A DNA stretch of 63,693 bases, the filler included, from Octopus bimaculoides (lineage: Eukaryota): assembly GCF_001194135.2 (NCBI RefSeq). It is 8 parts of 7 records of this genome, joined end to end, with 100 filler letters (N's around TTAATTAATTAA, not from the genome) between each part and the next. Parts side by side here need not be neighbours in the genome. Positions count along the whole stretch, not along the records: positions 11,852 to 38,176 come from NC_068993.1; positions 38,277 to 53,230 come from NC_068991.1; 6 more parts are not named here. One strand, written 5' to 3'. The notes under the pieces were generated by a model that had not been told where the DNA came from, ran no database searches, and was given only the letters and a program-made list of their open reading frames with translations. Positions 25,594 through 39,893 of this stretch are shown one piece after another (within the stretch, counting starts at the first letter, position 1; each line of letters begins with the position of its first letter). The translations under genes were made by a program, and so were the position numbers.

Positions 25594-27214
25594 ATATGTA
25601 TAAGTGATATACGTATTAGTGATATACGTATCAGTGAAAAATTGCCGATAAATCGGTGAGTCGAAAAACGTATATTGTGATATTTATTTGAAACCCACCC
25701 AACCTCAGTTTGCACAAACAATTCCTTGTTATTTCCGCCATCGGAAACTCAGTGAACCAATGACTGACCTCTTCGGAAACCGATAATCGATACCACCATT
25801 GTTTACAATATTCATGATAAAAAATAAATAAATAAATAAACTAAATAAAATAGGAAGAAGACGGGATAAGTTAGAATAGCTGACCAGCTTCATTGAGAAA
25901 TCAGAAACTCACCACTGCATAAGTCACATCACTGTCACACCACGGAAACATCAGTTTCACTTTTAACAGCGCTCAATGATCTATCACTATTACTACTACT
26001 GCTAGAGACAAAATGAAATTAAAAATAAGATAAAATTTCTTTTCTATTTTCTCGTCCATTCCATGAGATTCTACCTCTGCCATTTGTTAACTTTTGAATC
26101 AATCTTTTCGTCCATCAGTCTCTTTGTCTCTATTTTTTCGTTGTTTCTATTTTCGTTTTGTTTTATTTACACAATAAAACAAAGATTCGTGGTAAATTCT
26201 GTGAGTTGCATTTCTTGCAATTATGATAATCGAGGCATCGGCTGGAATGGCCGATAAAATATCTAATGTCAAATACAATGTGATTAAGACATGCACAGCA
26301 AAAGAAAGACGCAGGAAGTCGAACCCTTTGTTAAACACATCAAAATGACGCCATGTTAACGCAGCGCTATTGTCTTTTCCGTCTTTCTGTATTTGAGACG
26401 AGAAAATGAATGAAACCAAAAGGAAAGAAGCAAAAGAAGAGACAGAGAGAAAGTGAGATAGATGAAGAGAAATAGCGATAGAAATGGAGAATAACGAAGG
26501 TATAAGAATGTGTATGGTGTATGTATGTATGTGGTGTTGCGAGAGATAAATAGATGCAGAAGCAAAGACAAAAGACAGACATGCAGGATTAGATTGAGAA
26601 GGCTACAAAATAAATAGGCTGCCACTAACAACTAGATTCTGCAGTTTGTTGAACACATTGCTGGTTCGATTCATTTCGATTCACCGACATCGTTGTCATG
26701 CAAGAACAATGACGCCAATCTAGAGATTGCATGGTAGCATGGTACTAATGCATTGTAGACATTGTGCCACAGTGATGCTGGCATTGTTTTTGGAAACCAT
26801 AGCAACTGTTGGTCATCCATTCTAGTGGAAGGTGAAGTGCAGTTTGTTAAGCTAACATCAAAAGAGCATTAGTCATTTTATGAGAATATTTTTCCAATGC
26901 ATTCTTTGTTTTGTTTTGTATCCTTCCTTTATTTTTTTTTCTTATTCTTTCTTTTTTGTTTGTTTTGTTTTGTTTTTTTCCTTTTTTTTGGGTTTTTTTT
27001 TGTATTTGGGAAGTGATTTTTATAATTGTTTTTACGTTTTCTAACAATTGGTTATTCTGTTCTGATTACCATGCATCAGTTATCAGAAGAACTGGATACA
27101 ACCAAATGTATACAGTGACGTGATTATGTGATGTGTTAACAGATACTAGTTACTTCTATGCAACGTTGTACATGTACATATAATACATGCATATATACGC
27201 ATACATATACATAC

Positions 27215-27302
<88 letters not shown>

Positions 27303-28983
27303 ATGTATGTATATATATATAGTTTAGGAATGAATGTCAGTATGTAGAATGTATGTGTGCATGGGTATTGTTTGCCTATGTGTTGGTTATTTGTGTGTAG
27401 GGTGGCGCTGCGGTAGCTGTGAGTGTGTGCATGTTCCGCAAGCGTGGAATCGTTAGTGTATGATATGTAAGAGTGGGCACAATAAAACTTTGGAATAAGT
27501 TGCATAGCTTCCTTTTTATTTATTTTTACCTTTCTTTTATGTTTTTTTTTTATTTATTATTTATTTTTCTATCTTTTGTACTTTATCCTCTAATCCTACA
27601 CTTAGTGCTTGTGATGTATTTGCAAATGCACACTTGTGTGTATGCATATCTTTGTATGTGTGTGTGTCTGTGTCTGTGTGAGTGTGCATATGCCAGTGTC
27701 TGCATATGTGCGTGCGTGTGTGTGTGTGTGTGTGTGTCTGTAAGTCCGTGTGAGTGTCTGAACGCATGTGTATTTTACGTTTGTGCCTATTACTATTCGT
27801 GTGTGAAATTCTGTTTCTTTCCTCATAATGATTTCTCTTCACATCCAGTAGTAGTTAGGCTAAACTAGAGCTACAATAATAACTAGTCAAATTGATGTGT
27901 AGGTGTCAGTAAAGAGAGAGAAAAACTATTACCTTACTATATATATGCAACTCTACATTGAAACGAATCCTCTGCTATTGCTACTAATTTCTCTTTCATC
28001 TCATATCATGGAACTAGCTTGGATCTAAGTAAACGATTTCGTTTTACAAATAATTGCAATTTTATAGCCATACGAACGCAATCAACAATGAATATGTCTA
28101 TTGTTGACTATAAGATGATACGTGGCTGTATAAGCTTTGTAACATTCCTTGAGTATGAAACTTATTCACGTGTTTGTATNNNNNNNNNNNNNNNNNNNNN
28201 NNNNNNNNNNNNNNNNNNNNNNNNNNNNNNNNNNNNNNNNNNNNNNNNNNNNNNNNNNNNNNNNNNNNNNNNNNNNNNNNNNNNNNNNNNNNNNNNNNNN
28301 NNNNNNNNNNNNNNNNNNNNNNNNNNNNNNNNATATATATATATATATATATACATATATATGTATGTATATGTATATGTATGTGTGTGTGTGATTACAC
28401 ATATACAGGTATGTTTATTAATTCACGAATGACAAATAACAGGAGTTACGTAATTGCCTTCATTAGCTTACTGCTGTTTCAGCTATAAGGGGGCAGTGTA
28501 CTCGAGACTGAGTGCTTGTGCAATATAGTGTAGCTTCCTAGAAGCCATTAAATGAGGTGTGTGATTATTTCGCGGAAAGCATTTACGAATATATGATGAT
28601 TGCTTCCATCTTCATAGATTATTACCGCCTTCTTGTGCTTCCTCGTTCTCAATGGCATTTCTGACTTTCCGTCCGTGACCTCTCGGATGGCTGTACATTC
28701 CCGTTGTAGTTTTTCACGGTTTCAAGCATAGGTAGAATACTGTGTGCTTCTACAGGTGTAACTTACTGTGTGCTTCCAACTGGTTAGGCCATAACACCTC
28801 GCTACTCTTTCATCGCCAAAAGACATTCAGTAGATGAAATTACAAATGCTGTCATCATAGAGATATCTGTATGTCATTGTATTATAGCGATAAATGCTTA
28901 TACAGCACAAGAACTCCTTAGTCTCAGTTTTATTGCACTTTTGCTCATTATGTAAAATCATTATAATAACTCCTCATCGTGGA

Positions 28984-29365
28984 TACGAGGTGGTTTCAAA
29001 AACTTCAAAAACTTTGATAAAAATAACTTATTTACCTAAGTTTTAACATAATCTCTTTCGAAATAGTCACCTTGTGCAGCAATACACTGGTCCCAGCGTT
29101 TCTGTCACTTTTGGTATCCAGCCTGGAAGTCGTTTTCCGTAAGCGAGTCGAGGATCTTCTGCGATTCCCTCTGGATCCCGGCAACGGCGTTAAAACGGCA
29201 ACCTTTGAGCTGCATTTTCATCTCAGGGAAGAGATGGAAGTCCGCAGGTGCTAAATCTGACGAACAGGGCGGGTACAGAAGCGATACCATGTTGTTTTTT
29301 GGCGAGAGACTCACGAGAGAGGAGAGCTCAATGACAGGGCGCATTGTAGTCGTGAAGAATCCAAT
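28984..29365 (-). mobile_element. Mariner transposase C-terminal remnant with one TIR
   Basis: Minus strand gives WILHDYNAPCH*, then after a frameshift YPPCSSDLAPADFHLFPEMK..LKG.RF (YSPDLAPxD motif) and *QKRWDQCIAAQGDYFE; terminus TA-CGAGGTGGTTTCAAAAACTT at 28984. Confidence 0.93.
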
Positions 29366-30120
29366 TCTTATGTATGTATATTCATACACATTACAAATGT
29401 TTCGTACATTGTTTTTTTTTTTGTTTTTTTTTTAATCTAATGTTGTTTCAAATGTATATATGGTTTACTTCCATCCTGATAAGTTTTTTTTCACAAATCC
29501 GAGAATAATTTGTTGGTCGATTTCTATATCAGAACTAATATTATTCTGCTTAGCTCAGAATGTTCGGAGGTATACGCCAAGGAAAAGAATAAATTAAGTC
29601 GAAACACCGATATCTGACGGTCTGCCGATGACATTCTGAACTAGCCTTCCATTTTTAACAGTAAAGTTTCTTCGAGAATTTTTTCTGTGAAAAAATATTA
29701 CCGCTAGTGATGTACCACGTTTTAAATAGTTATAGAAAAATACATAGAGAGGAGTCAGTTCACCTGTGTTTATGAAGTTTTAGCTTTGTGCGTGCTTAGC
29801 GAAAAATACGGAGCAGGGTGAAACTGGACCAAGATATTTGGTTTCTTTTTTTACTAGGCATATTTTTTTGTGGGGAAGTGAATAGAAATTATATTCTTAG
29901 TCATATATGCATTTCTCACAGAATGTGAGGGAAATCTACATTAAACTAGAATCGTAACTGGGCCACAATTTCGAAATGCATGGAGCTAATTTTTAAAGTA
30001 TTAAGTAGAATTAAACGTTTAATTTTGATTTAAAGGTAAAATAATTTAATCTGGGTTATATAAATACGACTCAGTACTTCAAATATTTGACGATTTAATA
30101 AAATATCATATTTTCAGTAT

Positions 30121-30370
30121 AAGAAGGTGTGGCCTAGTGGTTAAGGTGTTGCACCCATGATTTCACGGTCGTGGATACGATTCCTGGACCTGGCGGTGTG
30201 CTGTGTTCGTGAACAAAATACTTCATGTCACGTTGCTCTACGATCAATGATCATACACTTGAACAGGTAATGTCGATTTGATGGAAGGAGTGAGCAAATA
30301 TGTAGCACAGACATTTGATTCCAATAGATAAATTACTTGTGCAGCTTGTTCAGCAAGAAATTGCAGAACT
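30121..30370 (+). mobile_element. SINE with type D-like head and different tail
   Basis: A-box TGGCCTAGTGGTTAAGG, GATACGATTCCTGGACC, CTGTGTTCGTGAACAAAATACTTCAT.TCACGTTGCTC. Confidence 0.7.
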
Positions 30371-30425
30371 GTCTTTCTAGAACTCAATAATATAAATCTG
30401 ATTGCTTTCAATATATTATTTAAGT

Positions 30426-30640
30426 AGGGCGGCAGCTGGCAGAAATGTTAACACGCCGGGCGAAATGCTTAGTGGTATTTCGTCTGCTGCTACGTTCTGA
30501 GTTCAAATTCCTCTGAGGTCGACTTTGCCTTTCATCCTTTCGGGTTCGATAAATTAAGTATCATTTGCGTACTGGAGTCAATCTAATCGACTGGCCCCAC
30601 TCCCCCCAAAATTTCGGGCCTTGTATCTTGAGTAGAAAAG
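30426..30640 (+). mobile_element. SINE type A, alternative 3' tail, with perfect 16-bp TSD
   Basis: AATATATTATTTAAGT at 30410-30425 and 30641-30656. Confidence 0.92.
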
Positions 30641-32955
30641 AATATATTATTTAAGTTAAAAACATATACTCCTGAAGTGAAGGCCCCTTAATACCTTATT
30701 AATCTTTGTTGCATCACAAATATTTAAGTATGAGTCATAGACTATTGACTGGTACAAATATAATNNNNNNNNNNNNNNNNNNNNNNNNNNNNNNNNNNNN
30801 NNNNNNNNNNNNNNNNNNNNNNNNNNNNNNNNNNNNNNNNNNNNNNNNNNNNNNNNNNNNNNNNNNNNNNNNNNNNNNNNNNNNNNNNNNNNNNNNNNNN
30901 NNNNNNNNNNNNNNNNNNNNNNNNNNNNNNNNNNNNNNNNNNNNNNNNNNNNNNNNNNNNNNNNNNNNNNNNNNNNNNNNNNNNNNNNNNNNACAAAAAA
31001 CATACACTATACGACCCAAGACTGAATTGTGCATATCATTGTTGTATTGTTCTTGTAATTAATAATGTTGTTGCTGATGTTGCTGCTCATGCTCATGGTA
31101 GTGATGGTGATGGTGTTGGTGTTGTTGCTGTTGTTGTTGGTGGTGGTGATGTACTTGTTCTTGTATTTGATGTTATTGTTTTGTTGTTGATTACTTATGT
31201 ACTTATGTTGTTGATTTTATTTGTTTTCGTTGTCTTGATTATTTTTTTTTGTGTTACAATTGTTTTTGTTATTTCTTTAGCTGTTTTTGCTGTGGTTGTT
31301 CTTTTTTATTCATTTCATGCTGTTGTTCTATATATTTCTTTTATTTGTTGGTGGTGTTTCTGTTGCTGTTGTCGTTGTGTAATCCAAGGTTACATCTTAC
31401 CTGGTAGATCCAGCTTTAAAGTAATAGGATGAAATTTGAAGGAGATTTAGCTGCCATTTCTAGCAGGATAAGCATCCACATATCGGCTCCTTTACCGGCT
31501 TTATTTTCATGTAGGTAGAATACTGTAAAATCCCATAAATTTAGCCTAACCTAAGTTTATCAATCTTGATTTCTGACTCAAACAATTTCTCTTCATTAAC
31601 GTAATTAATACCTCCGGGAAAAAACTTCAACACCAGAATTTCCATTTTCTCCTTTATTTTCTTTCTTTTTGTTCACTTTGAAAGGCCGAGATTTTTAATA
31701 CATATATATATAAGAATGTCGATGCTGAAGCATGGCCACAGCCAATTGTCTGGAACTATTAAAAGAGTAAAAAAAAAATAAGTAAAAATAGAAGAAAAAT
31801 TAATTGATGTAGCAGATTGAGATAAGCACCACAGAAGTAAGACTCACTGAAATATCAAAAATAAAAAAGAGTTTCCCCGACAAGTCGGGTACACACATTT
31901 CCTTTCTTTGCCTTCGTATTTGTTGGTAATGGTTTTTGTCAAGCTATGAAAAATCATAATTTGCTGGATATTTCCATTGAAAATCTCAAGTTTCCTGGTT
32001 ATGAATGAAACAGCTCTGGTTCTTATTATTCCAATATCCACAGTTTCTCATTCACACACATTTGTCAGCAATGCGGCTCTTTTAACATATTAAATCCATC
32101 CAGGCTTACTTTTCCCTCAGGGTTCTAAGCGACCTCATCAAAATCAATAATGTTTTAACATGGTAGAATAAGCATAAATCAAAAAAATCAAAAAAAAAGA
32201 CAGAACAAATTTGTACAGAAAGATGAAAGTGGTGGTGGTAGTGATGGTGGTGGTGGTGATGTTGACGGCGTTGGTGATGAGAAAAATGGTAAAGAACAGG
32301 AAATACTTTGAAAACTGACGTTTTTTTTATTATTATTCAGGAAATCTTCTAAAGAAAATAATAGAGATTAGGTTATAAAAAATTACTTAACTAGATATGC
32401 TTTATGCTATAAATAATCGAGCGTAACTTTATAATCTTCGCTTGTATTTGGGTTTAACTAAACCTCCAAGCCCAGCAAGAATCAGTAATTTGAAACCAGT
32501 GAATTCTATTATCCATTATGGGAGTATGGGAATCTAATTTTTGAAGTTGAGTATATTTATTATTAAGTACATCGCACTTCCGTTTTTAACACTGTGTCCG
32601 CCATACAATCTTCTATTCATACAATTTGGGGGATTATTATGAAAAGGGAAACAGATTGTGTATTTTTGGTTTTTGTTGATTTTTTTATGGCTTATTCTTC
32701 AGTGTGGGTGGTGGTGGTGGTGGTGGGGTGGACACCTAACAACGCAAACATAATAATCTATTAGTTCACTTAATCTTCTCCGGGGATTACAGATAAACAT
32801 ACGAACAACTTCTGTAGGAAGTTTTAAAAAAGGTTTATTTACTTCTTTGTATCTATCTGTTTCCCCAGTATATAATCGACACAGCCACCATAGATACTTT
32901 TATACAATACGTCTTCTATTTAACCATTCCTGGACAGAATTCAATGAAACAAACA

Positions 32956-33003
<48 letters not shown>

Positions 33004-33008
33004 ACACA

Positions 33009-33060
<52 letters not shown>

Positions 33061-33110
33061 TGCACATGCACATATATACAGAGAGAGAGAAAGCGAAAGA
33101 TAGCTATATT

Positions 33111-33179
<69 letters not shown>

Positions 33180-33344
33180 CAACATACACACACACATGCA
33201 TACACACATACATAGACAAGTGTCATGCACAAAACACTCGGCCCTTGAGCTGCGTTTAAAAGTTGTTAGTCAGTTAAAAATGCTTATACCGTTAAACACA
33301 CTCATACGCATATACCTAATGAACTTCGAAGTCACTGCCAACTG

Positions 33345-33585
33345 TTCTCTTTTATTGCATACCAGTCTCCCTTTCCACGCCACCGATGTTGTCCAAGGGA
33401 AAGGCAAAGGCCAATAGAGCTTGGGACCAGTGATGTCACAACACATTTCTACAGCTGAGTGAACTGGAGCAACGTGAAACAAAGTGTTTAATTGAAGAAT
33501 ACAACACACACCCCGGTCCGGGATTTGAACTCATAACTTCATAACTGCAAGCCCTTCGGTTTAACCACTGTGGCATGTACCTTCA
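33345..33585 (-). mobile_element. SINE with type D-like central block and a third tail
   Basis: Minus strand has GAGTTCAAATCCCGGACC and TTTCACGTTGCTCCAGTTCACTCAGCTG. Confidence 0.7.
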
Positions 33586-33768
33586 CACACAGACACACAC
33601 ACACACACATACATATCGTTGTTATTATGTTAAACTGTCGTATGTCCAAATTTGGTCAAATGCATTGTTTTTCAATATTTATTTTTGCTTGCAATAGCCG
33701 GTTCTTTGACCAGACTAGCGTATCTCCAGCTGCTTCAGATGCCAATTAAAAATTGTCAAAGTGTAGGA

Positions 33769-34042
33769 CAGTGGTTCTCAAACATTTTCGGGCTTCCACC
33801 CCCTTGACACCCAGGCCACATTCCCAGCAGCCCCACCCAACTGACCGTCACAAACATACACCTCTTTCTAAAGCAAATTCAAAGCAACTGTATTTCACAA
33901 ATAAAACTTAACCTAATGAATCCATTATTTTATTATTTTTATATGAATCTCTACTCCATTATAGCCCAACTTTTCTTCAATGCCTCTTGGAACTTTCCAC
34001 CACCCTAAGGGGGAACAATACCACCCAATTTAGGAACCACTG
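33769..34042. mobile_element. hAT (Charlie-like) MITE
   Basis: TIRs CAGTGGTTCTCAA / TTAGGAACCACTG; 8-bp TSD GTGTAGGA (33761-33768) and GTGTAGTA (34043-34050), 7 of 8 identical. Confidence 0.85.
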
Positions 34043-34148
34043 GTGTAGTACAACGGTTTTGGTATGGAATAGGGAAACTATTTCTTCGTTTTCCTGTAAA
34101 AGAAACGTTTTGGACTTACGACACTTTTGCATAAGAGAGAGAAAGAGA

Positions 34149-34187
<39 letters not shown>

Positions 34188-36030
34188 AATGCATACATAT
34201 CAAGCACAGACACACATCCACACATACGTATGTCATACAATGATGCACATGTTTGGAATGACAACTTGTCATCAATTTCTTCTCTACTATATCACTATTT
34301 TACATACAGTATTACTAGAATAGCAGATACCCAACAGTGAGAGACGTGGAATAGTTAGCCGAGAGTTCAGCAGTCGTATTTTGTGACCAACACGATGATG
34401 CGTCCATACTTAAAACATTTAGCTCTCCCCTAACAATGTTCACCGAAGTATAAATAGATATAAAAGGGCAGAAACAGTGGAGTATTTCGTTGGAGAGAAC
34501 TATTGAGTTCGGCTTCTCCTATCTATTAGACAGAGGTTGACAGAGATGAGAATCACTTTGTTAATTTGATTAAGATTCATACAAATAAAGAAAAAGGTCG
34601 TTTTTCCTTACAATCATCTAATTTAGGCCAATCAGCATGGAAGCACTCAAACTTCTCCAAGCTGGGTCCTGTCATAGTGTTAAATTCAGTACTGCCAGCT
34701 AATGAAATATTTTTTTTATGTCTACCCTTTTTTCTTTATTCACGAGTAATATATTCCATCCCAAAATATTGAATGTTTATTCATTTACTTATAAATTCAC
34801 GCGCGCGTGTGCGTGTGTATGCATGTGTATGCATGAGGCTGTCACACTGTTACCTCTGGGTGCACAATTTCTTACTGCGGAAATAGCTGCAGGCCAATGA
34901 ATGTGATTACATACCTTCTGTGCTTATGCCATTTATTCCCTAATGCGCATACGTGTGTGTGAGTGTGTATGTGTGCAAATGTATGCATGTGTGTTGTATA
35001 CATATTGTGTAGAAATATAACTTGGGAACGATTGGATAATTAACCAACAGATCTCGTGGTAGTAAAATTATAATATAGTTGTTTAATATTCCATTATATT
35101 CTTGTGTATATTCTTGGACTTCATTTAAGAATACTTTAATGTCTTCATGTCAAATTCAGTATCAAAATATTCACAGACCAGGAAAATACAAACGTAGACG
35201 GGTCTTGAACCTGCTAGTTCTGAATATTAGAGATAATAGTTTACTGATGTCTGCTTATTCAGTTTATTTCCTGTTCAACCTTGACCCTAATTTCCTGTTC
35301 AACCTTGAACCTGGTTAGTAAGATTGACTCAGAAGAATGAAAGCCTGTGTTGGATGTGTATATACGTTGGGGGGTTAATTCTTGCACCTTCTTACATCGT
35401 ATCAGACCCTATTTCCTACAAACATCAGACGTACAGACTTGTAACAGTGTCTTCATTTTTGTCTTTTATTGGCGTATATACAATGCCAGACATTGAAAGC
35501 ATATCAGTCAACAGAAAAAAGTTGAATTTTGAATTATAACTTCCAGATGTGCATTCTCAGACATTAAAATAATTTATGAAATAACATTAAGAAGTGCAGC
35601 TTGCTTTATTTTTCTTCCTACTTTGTTTAACAACCTACCCCATTTTGTCTTATCCCTCTTCTATATGTCATATTGGATGAAAACTTGACTAGTTTCCGTT
35701 ATAAATTTTCTTTCCTTCTTTCTCGGGTTTTTCTTTTATTTTGCCTTCTTTCCTCTTTTATTTCCTCCCGCCACCACCATCACCACCGCTACCGTTTCTT
35801 GCCTGTCTACTTTTTGATACCAGTTGCTTGTTTGAAAATTTAATGCTTGCGATTGTTTCATAAAGAATAACTAGTATATCAGACAATTAATTGAGGTAAT
35901 CATGACCTTATATTATGGCACGAAACGCTGCCCTGTCTTCTCATGCCGAATCGTTAATAATATTTGTCACTCTTGATGACGAAACTATCCTTTCTAAATA
36001 CATAATATTTATAATGTTTCTTTATGATAG

Positions 36031-36198
36031 AGACTAAGATACATTATCTTCTGCTACATCCGCCTGTCAGCCTGTATGGACTTTTTTGATAAGTGGCCAG
36101 GAGATATCAATGTCGATATTCGCCTATGCCATTACCATCACACCGATGGTAGATTTCAGCCTGAAGTACAAACGCATACCGTCCATTATACGAGAGAG
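36031..36198 (+). CDS. Candidate internal exon, unidentified product
   Basis: TTTCTTTATGATAG acceptor, 56 open codons (RLRYIIFCYIRLSACMDFFDKWPGDINVDIRLCHYHHTDGRFQPEVQTHTVHYTRE), strong GAG|GTAAGT donor; no family recognised. Confidence 0.3.
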
Positions 36199-36571
36199 GT
36201 AAGTGAGAATGTTACCATATCTCTTCTCATTGGTTGAGACGTTCCATTGCTTGAATGTAGGTGGCAGCATTACAGTTAAGGCGTGAAACGACTAATTCGT
36301 TTATCTTAACTGCATGACAAAATACACCCATTTTTATCACACGAAAAATTTTGTTTTCTTCAGAAGATCGTACAAAAATCTGATGAAACTTGGAAATGAA
36401 ACTACTTTTCGTTCATTTAGATATTTCTTCGAAGTGATTGGACCATTCAAATACACTTTCACTGAAAATATTAAAAAAAAAAGATAGTTAAATCATTAGT
36501 CAAACCATTAGTAAATTGATATTCATTAAGAACTAATTGCGTCTCACTGTGAATTAAAATAAGGTATCAAT

Positions 36572-36720
36572 AGGAGGCATGGCAGTGTGGTTAAGAAGCT
36601 CGCTTTGCAACCACTTGGATTCGAGTTCAGTCCCGTTGCGTGGCACATTGAGCGAGTAACTTCTACTATAACCCCGAGCCGACCAATGTCTTGTGAACGG
36701 AAACTGCGTGGCCCGTCGTG

Positions 36721-36782
<62 letters not shown>

Positions 36783-36992
36783 TGTGTATGTGTGTGTTCT
36801 TGTGTTTTTGCCCTACAGCAGCTTCTCTGTTAGTTTGTTTAGGTCCCCGTGATTTAGTGTTTCGGCCTATAAGAATGACAGAATAAGTACAAAGATTAAA
36901 ATAAAATGTACTGGGGTCGATTTGTTTGACTAGGCCTTTCAAGGTGGTGTTCCAGCATGACCGAAATTCAAAGACTGAAACAAGTAAAAGAC
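36572..36992 (+). mobile_element. SINE type B with (TG)n interior
   Basis: A-box TGGCAGTGTGG, B-box GAGTTCAGTCC, shared tail. Confidence 0.85.
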
Positions 36993-37516
36993 AAAAAAAT
37001 AAAATGGCTGAAGATAAATAAAAACATTATTTGTATGAATGTAATTCATCAAAACAAAAGGTCTATTTCAGCTTTAACTATCATGAAGAAATTGCGGTAA
37101 CCGTTCGTATACGAGATACACTCTATCAATAGAGTACAGTCAGTCGTCACTCGCGAGCGAATATGGCTTAATGATAAGTACCATGATTTCGCTAATTATT
37201 TTAGTGATTCATGTAGTCACGAGAATATAGGGACAGTGTAACGGCCTTTTTATCACTAATCCATTAATCTATTAATAAATAATATTCATTGGCTTACGTC
37301 TATTTCCGCAATAGGAAGCTATACCGGCAAGAGGTGAGAGACTATGTAAAATGTGTGTGTGGGGGGGGTGAATAAATGATTAGATCGACTCCAGAGTTTC
37401 AAGCCTTGTGCTTAGAGTACAAAAGATTATAATTATCATTTGTTTAGTGTCTTTGTCTAAGGTCTCACTCATAATTTAAATAAGTAGAACAAGACGAGAC
37501 ACGTAGGACAAGACAC

Positions 37517-37679
37517 GCGCAGATGTGGCTGTGTGGTAAGTAGCTTGCTTGCCAACCACATAGTACCGGGTTCAGTTCCACTGCGTGGCACCTTGGGTAA
37601 GTGTCTTCTACTATAAGCCTCGAGCCGACTAAAACCTTGTAAGTGGATTTGGTAGACGGAAACTGAAAGAAGCTCGTCG

Positions 37680-37726
<47 letters not shown>

Positions 37727-37930
37727 GTGTGCGAGTTTATCCTCTCCCCCAGATCGCTTGACAACCGATGTTGGTTTGTTTACATCCCGTAACTTAGCGG
37801 TTCGGCAAAATAGACCGATAGAATAAGTGCTAGGCTTACAAAGAATCAGTCCTGGAGTCGATTTGTTCGACTAAAAGCCTTGCTCCAGCATGGCTGCAGT
37901 GAGAATGATTGAAACAAATTGAAGAATAAC
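37517..37930 (+). mobile_element. SINE type B with (TA)n interior
   Basis: Full head, body and tail homologous to the other copies. Confidence 0.9.
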
Positions 37931-37941
37931 AATAAAAGAAC

Positions 37942-37977
<36 letters not shown>

Positions 37978-38011
37978 TTGGATGAAGGGGCTTCTTCTAG
38001 TACTTTGTGTA

Positions 38012-38175
38012 CTGCACGCAAGATTGTGGTTTCGATTCCTAGGCTTGCTCTGTTTTGGCACAAAACACTTCATTTCACACTACTCCAGTCCACTCACCTG
38101 TAAATGAATAACCCTATGACGGACTTAGCGTTCATTTCAGTGGGTATATTGGCCTGCCCACATGACCAGTGAGGG
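38012..38175 (+). mobile_element. SINE type D-like fragment
   Basis: GATTGTGGTTTCGATTCCT and AAAACACTTCATTTCAC..CTCCAGTCCACTCA. Confidence 0.65.
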
Positions 38176-38769
38176 TNNNNNNNNNNNNNNNNNNNNNNNN
38201 NNNNNNNNNNNNNNNNNNNNTTAATTAATTAANNNNNNNNNNNNNNNNNNNNNNNNNNNNNNNNNNNNNNNNNNNNATATATATATGTACAAGTCCTATT
38301 TTTAACGCCCATGGGGTGGATGGAATTAACTGAGGAGGACTTTCGTCTGGATACTCTTCCTGTCATCAACCCTCACTTCTTTCCAAACAAGGTTATGTTC
38401 CCTGTGGCTGGAGATGTTTTCATGGAAGAGTACATACACACAGGCACCAATCTTGTTAAAAACTAACAACATACAAACTCCTAAGTGATATGGAACTGGA
38501 TATTTACATTATAGGAAATAATTATCGACAGTCTACGTGTTATGTGATCGGAAATGACTCTTTAGTCCCGCTAGAGATTTACAAATTTTTCTATAGACAA
38601 CTTGAAAATATTTGATTTCGCTGTGAAAACTACTGGAAATTGTTATTGTAACATTTCATGTGCCTTGTCAACCCAGATTTACTCCTGTAGATCTTATTGC
38701 AAACAGAGAAAAGATAATTCATGGGATATTATCTGTAAAAAGTCAGTAGAGGGCCTAAATAAATGTTTC

Positions 38770-39620
38770 TGCTTATAACTAACTAGACCAGCCCTGGGAG
38801 AGACAAATACGGTTGCAGATATCACAAGTTAGGAGAGAAGGATTATTGGCCGCAAGTGAAACATTTCTTGCTTCTCTTTTATCAGTGTATGTTTCTGCTT
38901 GTTATCTTCAAATAAGGCAGCATCTTTTCGGTCTTTTCTCTTTCATTTTAGTTGGACCATTGCATCAATTTCCAAGTTTGCATGCATCATTTTAAAATTC
39001 TTTAGAGAGCTATTTATTAAATTTTTGAAACGCATTTATGGTTTATGTTGAAGCCTTTTTGCTCCTTTTATCTGATCATATAATAATTGTTTGAGTATGC
39101 GTCGATCAAATTCTCTTATCAAGATGGCCAGTCCGGCGAAGTCTGTGTCGATGAATTTCAGTTTCAATGCCATTCACACCAGCACATTCAAGCACCCCAG
39201 AATCCGGTGTTTTATGCACCCATTTAATTTTCAGTACAGAAGGCAAACATCGCTGATGAAATCGCTCGAGTAATTTTAGGTGCTTCTGATATATTATCCA
39301 TGTCTCACATGGATAAAGAAAGGATGAGAGCATACACTGTAACCTTTGTGTTTTTGATATTTCTATTGGACAAAGCTCACCCTTCAAGATTCTTGAGATG
39401 CTTTCTGAAGACGTTTTGCTATTTCATCTTCTCAAGAACAAAAACGATTCAGCACACTTTCAAGACATGTAAATTTATCTACAAAACATTTAGTTTTGTG
39501 TTTTGAAGAAAGACCTCAGGTTCATGATATGAGTTGGAAGCTGGTTATTGTTTGCGCAAAGGCCATCAAGCTTAAGCACTGGGTATTGCATGTCACTGAT
39601 TGAAATGGCTACCAACTCAC
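38770..39620 (-). mobile_element. RTE/BovB-type LINE, 3' fragment, decayed
   Basis: Minus strand gives DKFTCLESVL..EDEIAKRLQKAS, FLYPCETWIIYQKHLKLLERFHQRCL..LKIKW, HRLRRTGH and a C-terminal CDICNRIC zinc finger. Confidence 0.9.
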
Positions 39621-39720
39621 AGTCATATATCACTTATTAGAAAGGTAAATGCGCTCGCACACACACACATACATACACACATGTAAGTACGTAAATATGC
39701 ACACATACACACGCGCGCGC

Positions 39721-39777
<57 letters not shown>

Positions 39778-39782
39778 TACAT

Positions 39783-39893
39783 GTTTCTGCGGATGACTCA
39801 GCCACTTACATGTGAATTCAGGAGCTGACAAATTAGTCGATCGAACAACTCGAATTCTGATCGTCGAACGACGGAAATCCTCCACCATTACAC
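39783..39893 (+). mobile_element. Old diverged type C SINE tail
   Basis: CTCAGCCACTT.CA.GT.AATT...GATCG..CAACT.GAA..CT..TCGTCG.A.CGACGGA aligns to the type C 3' end. Confidence 0.6.

Noticed and set aside
28600-28790. Several open frames and possible micro-exons in a GC-richer patch
   Set aside because: Mutually incompatible readings on both strands, weak splice sites, no recognisable product
36071-36130. CMDFFDKWPGD resembles a Cys-loop
   Set aside because: Cys spacing is 17 rather than 13 and the FP-D-Q-C pattern is missing
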